Source: a virus
Taxonomy: Duplodnaviria; Caudoviricetes
Virus record (IMG/VR): IMGVR_UViG_3300008113_000053
Coordinates: 2,227 to 66,226 of that record
DNA: 64,000 bases
Reading direction: 5' to 3' (one strand)
Part shown: piece by piece, positions 1 through 10,641 of the stretch
Layout: each line of letters starts with the position of its first letter
How positions within the stretch are numbered: position 1 is the stretch's first letter
The notes under the pieces: generated by a model
What the model was told of the DNA's origin: nothing
The model's input: only the letters and a program-made list of their open reading frames with translations
Databases searched by the model: none
Translations under genes and position numbers: made by a program

Positions 1-1731
1 AATACTCGTGTCACTCCGAAGAATTTTAAAAAACACGTACGGCCAGACAAGCCGTTGTCATTGTCTTTGTTAGAAGCAATTGAATCTGAGCTTACAAATA
101 TAATTGAGACTGGCGATTACGATAGCGGTAAAGCTGTGGCATTGCCGGGTGCAGAACTTGATTATGCGCAGTGGTTAAAGCACAATGCCCCTCACGCTGC
201 CAATTCACCACTTGGAGATCACCATAAACGCGCTTGGGATTGGGCTTCTAAATTAGAGCAAGGAGTTGCGCCTCCAGCATTGATTGAGTGCTGGTTTCGT
301 GGTGGTGGTAAATCTACAACCGTTGAGCTTATATCTAGCTGGACAGCGGTAAGAGCCACACGGCGTTTTCTGCTATACGTTTGTGCAACGCAAGATGCTG
401 CTAATAGGCACGTAAGTGACATTGCTGGAGTAATGGAGCGATGTGGAATTGAACGCGCAGTCAATCAATATGGTTTTTCAAAAGGTTGGAATGCTAGTAA
501 ATTACGCACTGCTAATGGGTTTAATGTACTTGCTTTTGGTCTTGATACTGGTGCTCGTGGCGTTAAGCTTGACCATCTTAGACCTGACATGATTATCCTT
601 GACGATATTGATGAATTGGGAGACAGCGTCAATAGAGTAGAAAAGAAAATTGAAACTATTACAGCGACAATCCTTCCTGCTAAGAGTAGAGATTGCGCTA
701 TTGTGTTTGTGCAAAACAGAATCCACAGCAACAGCGTGATGTCGCGTGTGTTGTCTGGTGAGTTAGATATGTTGCAAAACAGAATACAGTCTCCTATTGT
801 GCCAGCTATTGAGGGCTTAGAATACATGCCCGTTGAAAAAGAAGATGGTCGCACTAGTTGGAAAATCACAGCTGGTAAAGCAACATGGGAACATAAGAAT
901 ATAGATGTATGCCAACGTGAAATTGAAGACTTTGGATTAATTTCATTTTTGCGAGAATGCCAACACGATGTTGGTGTAGGCGGACGCTTTTTCCCAGACT
1001 TCCGTGAATACTCACAAGACGGAACGCCTTGGCATGTTGTTGATTATGTTGAGGCACAACCGTGGTGGAGATATTGGGCAAGCCATGACTACGGTACTGG
1101 TGCACCAGCTTGTTTCTTGTTGTATGCAAGTGACGAGCGAGAAAATGTTTACGTTCTAGGTGAATGGTATGAAGCTGGAAAAGTGTCTTCAGATCAGGCA
1201 CAACTAGTTTGCGAGTTTTTGGAAAAACATAAAGTAGCTACTCCGGCAGATAAGAACAAGCGTTCAGGTGCATGGAATACTAAATTAGAGGCTATTGCTT
1301 ACGACTGGGCAAATACATTCCCACCTAAAAATGTTGAAGAACGAATTGGTGAATATCCGGTTGAATGTTGGTGGGATAAAAATTTACCCGCAGTACGTGC
1401 TGTTAAAGACCGCAAGGCTGGATGGGCAAGAACAAAAGAATGGTTGGCTGCATCTGAATTTGTAAACGGCGTACTAAGACCAAAATTGCAAATTGTTCGT
1501 GGGTCTTGCCCTAATTTAATTAAACAGTTGTCTGAAACAATGACGCATACAAAAGATGCGGATGAGATTGACAACGGAACACGTAACGATCACGCCATTG
1601 ATAGTTTCCGCTATGGAGTAATGTGGCGAGAATACCCAGTAAAATGTCCTGAGACTGGAGAAGGTAAATCAGGTAAAGAGTTTGGTTTACCTAGTTGGTA
1701 TAAAAAATCTAAGGAAGATAACTGGATTTGA
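1..1731 (+). CDS. terL: Terminase large subunit (5'-truncated; frame 1 is open from base 1)
   Basis: Walker A FRGGGKST, Walker B IILDD, nuclease motifs HDYG and NDHAID; lies upstream of portal. No stop in frame 1 between base 1 and the TTG at 55. Confidence 0.9.
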   Translation, partial: NTRVTPKNFKKHVRPDKPLSLSLLEAIESELTNIIETGDYDSGKAVALPGAELDYAQWLKHNAPHAANSPLGDHHKRAWDWASKLEQGVAPPALIECWFRGGGKSTTVELISSWTAVRATRRFLLYVCATQDAANRHVSDIAGVMERCGIERAVNQYGFSKGWNASKLRTANGFNVLAFGLDTGARGVKLDHLRPDMIILDDIDELGDSVNRVEKKIETITATILPAKSRDCAIVFVQNRIHSNSVMSRVLSGELDMLQNRIQSPIVPAIEGLEYMPVEKEDGRTSWKITAGKATWEHKNIDVCQREIEDFGLISFLRECQHDVGVGGRFFPDFREYSQDGTPWHVVDYVEAQPWWRYWASHDYGTGAPACFLLYASDERENVYVLGEWYEAGKVSSDQAQLVCEFLEKHKVATPADKNKRSGAWNTKLEAIAYDWANTFPPKNVEERIGEYPVECWWDKNLPAVRAVKDRKAGWARTKEWLAASEFVNGVLRPKLQIVRGSCPNLIKQLSETMTHTKDADEIDNGTRNDHAIDSFRYGVMWREYPVKCPETGEGKSGKEFGLPSWYKKSKEDNWI

Positions 1732-1874
1732 TGTTAATTGCGATATTGGCAGTGCTCGTTGTATTTAGTATTACTACTACGTTAATACTATTTAGAGTCA
1801 TTACATTATTGTCCGACATCAAAGACACCAAGTTATATTACGAGCGGATTATCAATGACGAGAAGTGGGTGTAA
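1731..1874 (+). CDS. 47-aa single-TM protein (not in ORF track)
   Basis: MLIAILAVLVVFSITTTLILFRVITLL...; ATG overlaps the terL stop (TGATG) and the ORF ends 2 nt before the portal ATG. Confidence 0.65.
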   Translation: MLIAILAVLVVFSITTTLILFRVITLLSDIKDTKLYYERIINDEKWV

Positions 1875-1876
1875 GC

Positions 1877-4069
1877 ATGGATATACAACAATTGTTAAAC
1901 GGCGGCGCTACGCAAGACGTACGCTTATCTGCATTTAAAAAGCCATCTGCACCCGGCACAATTGGGTCTTTTCCTGTCAAAAGTTTGCAACTAGCAGACA
2001 AAGACAATTTAAAACTTGACCATCTACCATCAGACTGGAAAGTAGATCCGCGTGAACAACCTGAAGAAGGAATGCGCGTAGCAAAATTTGTTTCTGATCA
2101 ATTTCAATCAGCACAGCGATCAAGGCAAGAGCAAGAATTAGAGTGGGCTTTAGCTGTAGCGTTTTTTGAAGGTAGACAATGGTTACGCATTGCGAGTCAG
2201 ACAAGAAACCTAGTTCAACTACAAAGTCCGCATGAGCCAAATCGGTATATGACCGTAAATAAAATTAGGCCATTGATTGACGGTGTTATTGGTAAGTTGA
2301 CGCAATGTGCTCCAGATGCAACAGCGGTTGCATTATCAGATAGTGAGCAAGATAGAGCAGCTGCTGATGAAGCAAACTTTATAGTCAAACATTACAATCG
2401 AAAGTTTGACAGAGAAACACAAACAAAAGAACGTGTTCGATGGGCATGTGTTTGCGGTACATCATTTCTTAAAGTTTTTTGGAATTCATCAAAAACGCAA
2501 ATTGTGCCACAGATGGATGTAGACGCACATACTGTGGTTGGTCACGTCGAAATGAAAGTTGGAGATATTGTTGAGCAAATTCTTCCAGCGTTTGATGTGT
2601 ATGTTGACCCAAGCGCAAAACGCGATGAAGATGTTAGATGGATGATTCATGCATCAATTAAGCCATTGTCATGGTTTGTTGATTCATACGGTGAAATAGG
2701 TAAAAGTGTTAGGCCTGATGCAATGGTTGGCCATAATGCTGGTTATGTTGACAACTATTTAGACAACTCAAATGGTGGTGGACGTGGATGGATTCCACCA
2801 TCCGTTACACACTTAAATAATCACGACCGACGCAAAAACGCTGCTGTAGTGTATGAGTATTGGGAGAAGCCAAGCAAGCAGTATGAAAAGGGTAGATACA
2901 TTGTTGCTACTGAATCCACGCTTTTATACGCTGGTATTTGGCCTTATAAGAAACGTGATTCGTTTCCATTTATTCCATTGCGATGGCAACCAAGAGCTGG
3001 CACTCCGTATGGTTACAGCCTTGGGTTCGATTTAGTTTCTCTGCAGCAAACATACAATCGTATCTATTCTCGTTTACTAGAACAGTTTGAAGGTCAAAAG
3101 GATTACCTGATGATCGAAAGACTATCTAATGTCGGAGCTGACGCATACGACAAAGAAAGTGACACGATTGAAGATAAGAATAGGATTTACCGAAAAGTTT
3201 ATTACGACAGGGGTGCGCATCCTCCAGTAATTCAAAGAGCGCCGGGAATTGGAAGTGACCTATTCCCATTACTGCAATTCATTGAAAAAGACATGATGGA
3301 TATTGCTGGATTACATGATGTGTCTCAAGGTATGGCACAAGCAGGTACTCCCGCAGAATCTGTTCGATTACTGCAAAAAGCTGACAACACGCAACATAGT
3401 TATGTCCGAGCTGACATTGAAATAAGTAACGCAAAGATTAAAGAATGGGAAGTTGCGTTAATTGAGCAGTTTGCAATTGTTCCCTTTGTTGGAAACATGC
3501 AAGGCGGAATGCTTCCAAAAGACCAAATCCAACAGGGGATTATGCGATTTGACGCATTGCGAAATGGCGGAATGTATCGCATTGTGTATCTTCCCGGATC
3601 ATCAATGGATGATGGGCCAGATGCAAGATTGCAGAAATATGCTGCATTGCGACAGATGGGTGTGTTTGGCGACCCAATGGACCCAGCAACGAATAAGTTG
3701 TTTATTGAATTAGTTGGCATGCCAGAAACCACAAAAATCCTTGATCACCTAACCGAACAAGACAAAAAGATGGCAGCAGCGCAGCAACAACAAATGGAAA
3801 TGCAACAACAGCAGATGGCTCAGCAGAACGCTCCTAAACAACAATATGACCCTCAAGCTGAGGAGCATAAAGCAATGCTTGACATGAAGAAAATGCAAGC
3901 TCAAATATCAAGTAAGCTTCAGGCAGATATTGCACTTGAAACGGCTAAGGCCGGACTTGAAGCACAGCAGAATGAAGATTTTGCAATGGTCGATGTTGGT
4001 AAACAACATGTTATGAATAGATTGCAGCCAGAAACTGGCATGGCAGTTAAAAAGGAAGGTAATATTTAA
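1877..4069 (+). CDS. Portal protein (P22/podovirus-like)
   Basis: About 730 aa, follows terL; N-terminal 'FFEGRQW...TVNKIRPLID', Q/M-rich coiled C-terminus. ATG at 1877 preferred over GTG 1865. Confidence 0.85.
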   Translation: MDIQQLLNGGATQDVRLSAFKKPSAPGTIGSFPVKSLQLADKDNLKLDHLPSDWKVDPREQPEEGMRVAKFVSDQFQSAQRSRQEQELEWALAVAFFEGRQWLRIASQTRNLVQLQSPHEPNRYMTVNKIRPLIDGVIGKLTQCAPDATAVALSDSEQDRAAADEANFIVKHYNRKFDRETQTKERVRWACVCGTSFLKVFWNSSKTQIVPQMDVDAHTVVGHVEMKVGDIVEQILPAFDVYVDPSAKRDEDVRWMIHASIKPLSWFVDSYGEIGKSVRPDAMVGHNAGYVDNYLDNSNGGGRGWIPPSVTHLNNHDRRKNAAVVYEYWEKPSKQYEKGRYIVATESTLLYAGIWPYKKRDSFPFIPLRWQPRAGTPYGYSLGFDLVSLQQTYNRIYSRLLEQFEGQKDYLMIERLSNVGADAYDKESDTIEDKNRIYRKVYYDRGAHPPVIQRAPGIGSDLFPLLQFIEKDMMDIAGLHDVSQGMAQAGTPAESVRLLQKADNTQHSYVRADIEISNAKIKEWEVALIEQFAIVPFVGNMQGGMLPKDQIQQGIMRFDALRNGGMYRIVYLPGSSMDDGPDARLQKYAALRQMGVFGDPMDPATNKLFIELVGMPETTKILDHLTEQDKKMAAAQQQQMEMQQQQMAQQNAPKQQYDPQAEEHKAMLDMKKMQAQISSKLQADIALETAKAGLEAQQNEDFAMVDVGKQHVMNRLQPETGMAVKKEGNI

Positions 4070-4950
4070 TGTCCGAAGAGATGGTGATGCGTACCACTGA
4101 TTCACCAGCAGTGGCAATGGACAATGGGTTTAATTCTGATAGTGGTTTCTCCGCCGGAGACCTTACGAGCGCAATGGCGTTAAATAGCTCGAATAGTGAT
4201 GGACAATCCGAAACAGATTTAGGTTGGTTGGACGAATTTGTAGAACCAGATATCGATCCTGAAACCATGGTCCGACAAAGGATTATGGATAGCCTTGCAG
4301 CTAATCAGAACACTCCACAAGATGTTCCGTATGAACGGTTCAGGGAAGTAAATGAAGCAGCTAAGGCGAACAGAGAGCAAGCATCGGCTTATGATAAATG
4401 GGCAGATGTAATCAAACAGTTTGAAAGCCAAGGCTATCAATCTGCTGCTGATGTTCAACGCGCACTTCAAGAACAACAGGCTCAACAACGTGAAGCTGAC
4501 ATTAGGCAACGGTATGAGGAAATGGCTCAGACCAGCTTTATGGATCCGGAAGTTGCTAGAGCACAAGCTGAAGTAGAAATTCAAAAGGGTAAGTACGATT
4601 CACTTGTTAATCAAATGAATTCGTACATGACTGCACAGCAAAGGAGCGTTGCTTTCGAGCAATATCCATATGCTAATCGGGCACCGGGCATTGTTGATAA
4701 CTTAATTAATGCTGGACTGCCTCCTACTCAAGCTGCGCAAATTGTTCATAATGAAATTGCTAATCTGGCTGAATCGCTAGTGCCAGAGTTGACTGGATTA
4801 ATTGCGCAACAGCGTAGTATCCCAACTCCAATTGACACTTCTTACTCAGCACAACCCGTAGTTACACCTCCGCCACCAAAGCAGTTAGGATCTCCAATGG
4901 GAGCTATTTCTCGCATGCTAGGTATCGGCAGGAACGTTAATAACATCTAA
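4069..4950 (+). CDS. Capsid scaffolding protein
   Basis: Acidic N-terminus, VPYERFREVN motif, coiled coil; lies between portal and capsid. Confidence 0.75.
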   Translation: MSEEMVMRTTDSPAVAMDNGFNSDSGFSAGDLTSAMALNSSNSDGQSETDLGWLDEFVEPDIDPETMVRQRIMDSLAANQNTPQDVPYERFREVNEAAKANREQASAYDKWADVIKQFESQGYQSAADVQRALQEQQAQQREADIRQRYEEMAQTSFMDPEVARAQAEVEIQKGKYDSLVNQMNSYMTAQQRSVAFEQYPYANRAPGIVDNLINAGLPPTQAAQIVHNEIANLAESLVPELTGLIAQQRSIPTPIDTSYSAQPVVTPPPPKQLGSPMGAISRMLGIGRNVNNI

Positions 4951-4961
4951 GGAATAAACCA

Positions 4962-6020
4962 ATGGCTATTGATTTTAATGGTGCATTGACTCTTGCGGAT
5001 CAGGCAATCCTTTCCAATGATCCACTCGTAAAAGAGATTACTAAGAGTCTTCACAAGACATGGAATGCAATCAAGGACATTCCATTCACAACATCCCCAT
5101 CGCTACGTCAAGTTGGACAGCGTTACGTTAACAGTGGTATCCCAACGCCTAACTGGACGGGTATTAACTCCGAACCAGTCGCAGTCAAGGGTAAGCCAAA
5201 GTCGTATGAAGAGCAGATGTACTTACTCCGTAATAAAATTACGGTGGACCACGTTCTTCTTGATCAGCCAAATAACATTATTGATCCTGTTGAAGCACAG
5301 GTTCAGATGTATTTGGAAGGTTTTGCGTATGACTTTAACGATAAATTTATCAACAACGACCCAACGTCTAACGTTGCTGGTAATAGCGTTGACGCATTCC
5401 CCGGTCTTGCGTATCGTTTAAATAACCCAAACCAGTATGACATTCCAACTGAAATGGTTATTGATACAACAGCTGACATCTCGCTTGGTAACCTTCTCGT
5501 CAATAGCGGGACAGCAACATCTACGCAGGGCATTGGCGCTGCAAACCGAATGATCGCTGATATTCAGCGTTTATTAGACAACATGAATACGCCAGACGGT
5601 GATGGTGTTGTCTTCTATATGTCTGAGCTTACTAAGCGTCAGGTTGAAATGGCCATTCGTGTAATGGGTATTGGAGCAGGTTTTGATATTACTCAAGACA
5701 GCTTTGATCGACCTGTTGAGAAGTATAAGAATGCAACCATTCGTGTTGTTGGTCGTAAGGCTGACGGTTCCACGCCAGTCATTTCCAACTCGCTTACAAT
5801 TTCCACTGTCTCCGGTTCTAACGCTAATACTTCACAGATTTATGCTGTTCGTTATGGATCCGGTTACGTGACTGGTTGGCAGTCTGGACCATTTAAGCCA
5901 CAGTACTTAGGTTTATCTAAGGAAAACGGAATCATGCACAACATCCTCTTTGATTGGGGCTGTGGTCTGTGGATTCCTCACGTTCGTGCTATTGGCCGTA
6001 TCAACGTTAAGGTTCAGTAA
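4962..6020 (+). CDS. Major capsid protein
   Basis: 352 aa after scaffold, AAGGA RBS; capsid-like pattern (TLAD..., FINND....AFPGL, FDWGCGL...RAIGRI). Confidence 0.85.
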   Translation: MAIDFNGALTLADQAILSNDPLVKEITKSLHKTWNAIKDIPFTTSPSLRQVGQRYVNSGIPTPNWTGINSEPVAVKGKPKSYEEQMYLLRNKITVDHVLLDQPNNIIDPVEAQVQMYLEGFAYDFNDKFINNDPTSNVAGNSVDAFPGLAYRLNNPNQYDIPTEMVIDTTADISLGNLLVNSGTATSTQGIGAANRMIADIQRLLDNMNTPDGDGVVFYMSELTKRQVEMAIRVMGIGAGFDITQDSFDRPVEKYKNATIRVVGRKADGSTPVISNSLTISTVSGSNANTSQIYAVRYGSGYVTGWQSGPFKPQYLGLSKENGIMHNILFDWGCGLWIPHVRAIGRINVKVQ

Positions 6021-6031
6021 GGAGAAAAACA

Positions 6032-6883
6032 ATGCGTGACGCAAAACTTCAATTTAGGTTTGGCGGAGGATCTGGATCGAGCCTTAAGGTTGGATTTAAC
6101 GACACCTCTGTATCATCGACTGTTGCTGGTATTCAGGGTGCAACATCTACTAATGGATGGTCGCAACCGTTACTGCTTGGTGGTTACACCAATACAGTAG
6201 CAGACGCAACTGTATTTATTGGTAATGCTGTAGCTGATCAACCAGCTGCTAATGCTTTTACACTGTGGGGCCATAATAACCGCAACCAGATGTATGTGCA
6301 TTCGGCTGTACAAGTCCGACAGGCTACTACAGCTACAACAGTAAACATGGTTGTTGAAGCATCTAGTGACAACAGTACGTGGTTCCAAGTAGGTGCTAGT
6401 GAGTCTACACTGACCGCAACTACGGGCACTGCATCTACGATTACGTTAACTACTGCTGCTGCTACAGGCTTATTAACTGCTGGTGCAAACCACAACTTGT
6501 CAGTTGGTGACGTGTTAATTGTTGACGCAGTTGGAACAGCATTAGCAGTTGGACCACCTAACGTTACTGCAGCAGCAGTTACTCTTGGTCAGGTTTATGT
6601 TGTTACATCTGTGCCTTCTGCAACTACATTTACAATCGGACTTGGTCCAGCTGCAGCTTATAATGGCGTTTACATCGCTGCCTCATTACTAGCTACTGCT
6701 GGCGCTGCAACTACGTCTTTTGTCAAGTGTAGTTCCGGTGCGATGTTACAAGCTTCAATTGCCCCAAGTAATAGGACGTATTACCGTGTGCGATACGTTA
6801 CTACTTCAACTGGTGCAACAGCAGCTGACCTCCTTGTTCTTAACGCCTACGTTAAGAATGGACGTGACGGAGCATCCTTCTAG
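6032..6883 (+). CDS. Virion structural protein (capsid decoration-like) with inserted beta module
   Basis: AAGGAG RBS directly after MCP; VEASSDNSTW and YYRVRY jelly-roll-type motifs; T/A-rich. Confidence 0.55.
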   Translation: MRDAKLQFRFGGGSGSSLKVGFNDTSVSSTVAGIQGATSTNGWSQPLLLGGYTNTVADATVFIGNAVADQPAANAFTLWGHNNRNQMYVHSAVQVRQATTATTVNMVVEASSDNSTWFQVGASESTLTATTGTASTITLTTAAATGLLTAGANHNLSVGDVLIVDAVGTALAVGPPNVTAAAVTLGQVYVVTSVPSATTFTIGLGPAAAYNGVYIAASLLATAGAATTSFVKCSSGAMLQASIAPSNRTYYRVRYVTTSTGATAADLLVLNAYVKNGRDGASF

Positions 6884-6891
6884 GAGTTGAT

Positions 6892-7539
6892 ATGAATCTA
6901 GGTCAAATTAAACAAAAAGTACGCATGCTGGGTCGGAACTATTTTGGCACCGATGCGGACCTTGATCCATTTGGCCTAGATTACATCATTTTAGAATCGG
7001 CCAATGAGATAGCCAGACGTACTGACTGTCTTGTTGGCCGTCGGTATTTATCTCTGATTGCAGGAGAATCTGATTACTGCGCACCAGATATTTACAAAAT
7101 CAGAGTTTTAAAAGTATTGAATATGTCAGGTGAATACTGGCAACCAAAACTGTTTAATTTTAGCAATCAAATGGTTGATCGATATAGAACGCAACCAGAA
7201 CAACAGGTTCCAGATGCAGCAGTTATATCTGGCATGAACCGCATTACATTTTTTCCGATACCTTCTATTAGTGTAACTAACGGAGTCCTAGTAGAAGGTT
7301 TCGCGCAACCCGGCGACAACTGGGCTTATGACACTACTGGTACAGCTTTAGTCAACACTGACACAACAGAGTGTCCACTTCCAGATGTAGCTCATGACTG
7401 CTTAGTTTATTTAGTACTATCTACACGTGCATTACAAATGCGTGATAAAGACGGGATAGTATTGTTCAAGCAAGAATACTTAGACCGACTAGGTCAGGTT
7501 GAATCTTATGCTGCAACATATGCACGGAGAGCAGTCTAA
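6892..7539 (+). CDS. Head-tail adaptor-like protein
   Basis: MNLGQIKQKVR start, FFPIP, 'P...HDCLVY' pattern typical of podovirus adaptors; position. Confidence 0.65.
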   Translation: MNLGQIKQKVRMLGRNYFGTDADLDPFGLDYIILESANEIARRTDCLVGRRYLSLIAGESDYCAPDIYKIRVLKVLNMSGEYWQPKLFNFSNQMVDRYRTQPEQQVPDAAVISGMNRITFFPIPSISVTNGVLVEGFAQPGDNWAYDTTGTALVNTDTTECPLPDVAHDCLVYLVLSTRALQMRDKDGIVLFKQEYLDRLGQVESYAATYARRAV

Positions 7540-8468
7540 TGGCACTAGGATTTACCGAATTACGAAACGAAGCTTTAAAGCTTTTAAATGAAACGAACAC
7601 GTCAGTAGTCGGTGAACTTGCCACGGGCGTTGGGTTACCAATAACATCTGCTACGGTTTCTATTGGAAATCCATTGATATCAGCAGTCAACTCTTTAGCC
7701 GTAGGTGATCAAGTACGTTTTATTACCTCTACGGTAACTAACATCATTGCCAATAAAACTTACACCGTTTCAGCCACTAATTTAAGCGGTACTGGATTTC
7801 AACTTGTTGGAGTTGCGCCAGCAAGTTTAACACCTACTGGTGGAACAGGCGGAACATTTACAGTTGTTGGCAATAGTGTTTTTAGTGATGAAACAATTTG
7901 TACATATATTAATGAAGCAGCCAAGGAAATGGCACGTTCATGCGTATGGAACGAAGATTCTATTTCAATTAACACAAGCACCCGTGTAACTACATTTGCG
8001 GATAAGTTATTGTGGCATCCTTTAACAGTCAAAATAGGAAGCAGTTTACTAATACATTGCGGTGAAATGGAGTTGCGTTCTTACGACTTAGGATACACAT
8101 CTACTACTGGAACACCGACATATTGGTATAGATCAGGAAATACAAATATTGGTTTGTACCCTGCACCTACATCAGCCATCGACATAGTAGTTACTGGTGG
8201 TGTTATGCCAGCTACAATTTCAACTGATCCAACATCAACCGTCACATTAAGTATTGCCCCCGACGATATATTACTTAAGGCGATACCTGCTTATGTCGCT
8301 GGAAAACTTGCATTTAAAAATTATGATGACCCATCATTAGTTGGCCGTGCGTTTTGGAAGGATTGGTACGACCTTACTCGTATGCAATTATGGGCACAAC
8401 AAGATACTTCATTGAAGTTGCCGGGGTGTCCATATGGTGTTCCTCCTATTCCACAGAGTCAAAAATGA
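7539..8468 (+). CDS. Second adaptor-like protein with inserted beta module
   Basis: FTELRNE...YINEA..., GTPTYWY, IGLYPAP adaptor motifs; TAATG coupling to upstream gene. Confidence 0.6.
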   Translation: MALGFTELRNEALKLLNETNTSVVGELATGVGLPITSATVSIGNPLISAVNSLAVGDQVRFITSTVTNIIANKTYTVSATNLSGTGFQLVGVAPASLTPTGGTGGTFTVVGNSVFSDETICTYINEAAKEMARSCVWNEDSISINTSTRVTTFADKLLWHPLTVKIGSSLLIHCGEMELRSYDLGYTSTTGTPTYWYRSGNTNIGLYPAPTSAIDIVVTGGVMPATISTDPTSTVTLSIAPDDILLKAIPAYVAGKLAFKNYDDPSLVGRAFWKDWYDLTRMQLWAQQDTSLKLPGCPYGVPPIPQSQK

Positions 8469-8761
8469 AAATAGCATATGGTCGTTTAATTTTAATTATG
8501 TTAGCTGCATTTTTGACAAGTGCGGTACCTGAGTTTGACGCAGCTTGGAAAGCATTTCACATTTCAGATAATGCTAATTATGGAATGGTGACTAGAGCAC
8601 TACTTCTTTCTAGCATAGAAGGTCTCCGTGCTGGTATACCTGCTATGGCAACTGCGTTGATTGCGTTTTTCATGCGGCAAGATACAGCTTTGCCAATGTT
8701 TTCAGTAACATTGCCGGAGGTGAAACGTGTCAGTGAAACGACGAGGGACTTCAATGGATAA
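8465..8761 (+). CDS. Two-TM membrane protein (holin/lysis-associated candidate)
   Basis: ATGA overlap with the upstream stop gives start MKIAYGRLILIMLAAF; two hydrophobic segments. Confidence 0.5.
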   Translation: MKIAYGRLILIMLAAFLTSAVPEFDAAWKAFHISDNANYGMVTRALLLSSIEGLRAGIPAMATALIAFFMRQDTALPMFSVTLPEVKRVSETTRDFNG

Positions 8762-9038
8762 GTTGCACTTTGACTGGAATCAACTGCTTGCTGGATTTAT
8801 TGGCGCTGTAATTGGAACTGACTGGCCAAAGATCAGAACAATTATGCAAGGAATCATAACCGTTTTGTCCGGTACAGCTTCCGCAATATATCTAACGCCC
8901 ATGGTTGCCAAGCAATTAGGTTGGGATCAGCCTCATCAAATGATTGGGCTTTCTTTTTTACTTGGGACACTAGGTTTGCGTACAGTGCAAGCGTTTAACA
9001 CATTAATTGAAAACACACTTAAGAAGGTTAGTCAGTAA
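8754..9038 (+). CDS. Holin-like protein
   Basis: 94 aa, three hydrophobic segments (LLAGFIGAVIG; SAIYLTP; LSFLLGTLGL), charged C-terminus, GAGGGA RBS. Confidence 0.6.
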   Translation: MDKLHFDWNQLLAGFIGAVIGTDWPKIRTIMQGIITVLSGTASAIYLTPMVAKQLGWDQPHQMIGLSFLLGTLGLRTVQAFNTLIENTLKKVSQ

Positions 9039-9307
9039 TGAATGAGTATTATGAGTTAGGATTAACCTCGTATAACGTATTAGATAACGGGCGCATATCA
9101 GTCATATTTAGTGACGGACTTGCACTTGAGTATGTCAGCGAGGAAACATTAGATCAAGATTGTGCCTTATACGACACTGAAATTATTGAAAACTTGCGTA
9201 AATATATTGTTTGTTATTGCGCTCATTTTGGTGGTGCGTTAATAGAAGGTAAGACGTTTGTGTTTGATTTAGCTGAGCCTAATGGCAATATTGTCAGGAT
9301 TGTGTAA
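9038..9307 (+). CDS. Hypothetical acidic protein
   Basis: TAATG-coupled on both sides. Confidence 0.6.
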   Translation: MNEYYELGLTSYNVLDNGRISVIFSDGLALEYVSEETLDQDCALYDTEIIENLRKYIVCYCAHFGGALIEGKTFVFDLAEPNGNIVRIV

Positions 9308-10641
9308 TGGCATTAGTTACAGCCGACTGTTCATTTATATTGGGCTTTGATCAGAGGCCGTATGAAAGTCGTAGTGCATTAACAATAAGTGGTACTACAA
9401 CTGGATTAGCAATGCCATTTATTGCGGAGTTTACAGGGACTATTACTCGCGTAGTTATACCAATTGCGTCTGTAACTACTGCTGTTACAAATTTAGACAT
9501 TGGCATACAAGCTTTTGGTGGTGGAGGTCTTCCGTCGGGCACGTTTTTAGCAACGCAGAATACGGTTTCATTTTCAACGCAAGCTTTTCCGTCTAATTAT
9601 GTACTTACTTTAACCAATCCTGTTTCAGTAACTATGGGGCAATTCTATTACATAGTTATTATTCCTAATGGATCATTTACTGGAAATATATCTCTTCATT
9701 ATTTAATAACAACAGCGCAAAATTACGCAGGAATGTTACGGCCATCAACTAGAGTTGCGTCCGCATGGGTAAGAGCTGTGTCCGGAAGTTCATCTCAGCC
9801 AATTTATGGATCTGCCACAAACTGGTATTCATTAGATCAACCAGCAATGGGCGCACAGTCAAATTATCAATTTACTGTTACATTTACTAATGGCAGTGCA
9901 AACGTTACATCAACATATAACACGGCCACATTAAATATTGACAGTCCAGTGCGATTGACAACGACGGGTACATTGCCAACTAACTTTGCAATCAACACTA
10001 CCTATTACATAAAAACAATATCAGCTACTGATGTAACGTTATCAGCTACACGTGGCGGTGCCGCAATTTCTGCTGGATCTGCGGGTACAGGCACACACAC
10101 AATGACTGCATGTATTAATGAATCTGATGAAATCGGATTTGCTTTTACATTAGACGCAAATCACCCAGCAATTAAATTAGACGCACTTTCCATGTCGCTA
10201 TCTCTTACCTTGACTAATCCGGGCATGACGTTCTCATTAAAACAATACAATGCATCTGGAACACTACTAAACACAATAGAGGCATTAGACACAGACAGAT
10301 TTAATGGATCGGGCGTAGGATTTTCATACTTTAAAAATGCAACATCGTCTGATATTTGGTTAGAGCCAAATACTAAATATTACTTTTTATTAGCATTTAC
10401 TGGCACATTTACAGCTGTTCCCACAGATTGGCGTGTATTTGATTACGATAGTCAATTTATTAGAACAAGTGGAGCGTTTATTACAAATTACGCATACAAG
10501 TATGGCGCTACAATCGTTGAAAATACAAATATGTATACGACATTTGGATTGCAAATACGTGGAATAAGATACAACGACAGTGGTGGAGGAGGTGGATATA
10601 TTAACGGGTCTTCATTTTTTGATGGAGGGTTTTCAGGTTAA
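9307..10641 (+). CDS. Fibre/spike-type structural protein, beta-sandwich rich
   Basis: T/S/G-rich; paralog of 10641..11699 with an inserted module. Confidence 0.6.
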   Translation: MALVTADCSFILGFDQRPYESRSALTISGTTTGLAMPFIAEFTGTITRVVIPIASVTTAVTNLDIGIQAFGGGGLPSGTFLATQNTVSFSTQAFPSNYVLTLTNPVSVTMGQFYYIVIIPNGSFTGNISLHYLITTAQNYAGMLRPSTRVASAWVRAVSGSSSQPIYGSATNWYSLDQPAMGAQSNYQFTVTFTNGSANVTSTYNTATLNIDSPVRLTTTGTLPTNFAINTTYYIKTISATDVTLSATRGGAAISAGSAGTGTHTMTACINESDEIGFAFTLDANHPAIKLDALSMSLSLTLTNPGMTFSLKQYNASGTLLNTIEALDTDRFNGSGVGFSYFKNATSSDIWLEPNTKYYFLLAFTGTFTAVPTDWRVFDYDSQFIRTSGAFITNYAYKYGATIVENTNMYTTFGLQIRGIRYNDSGGGGGYINGSSFFDGGFSG

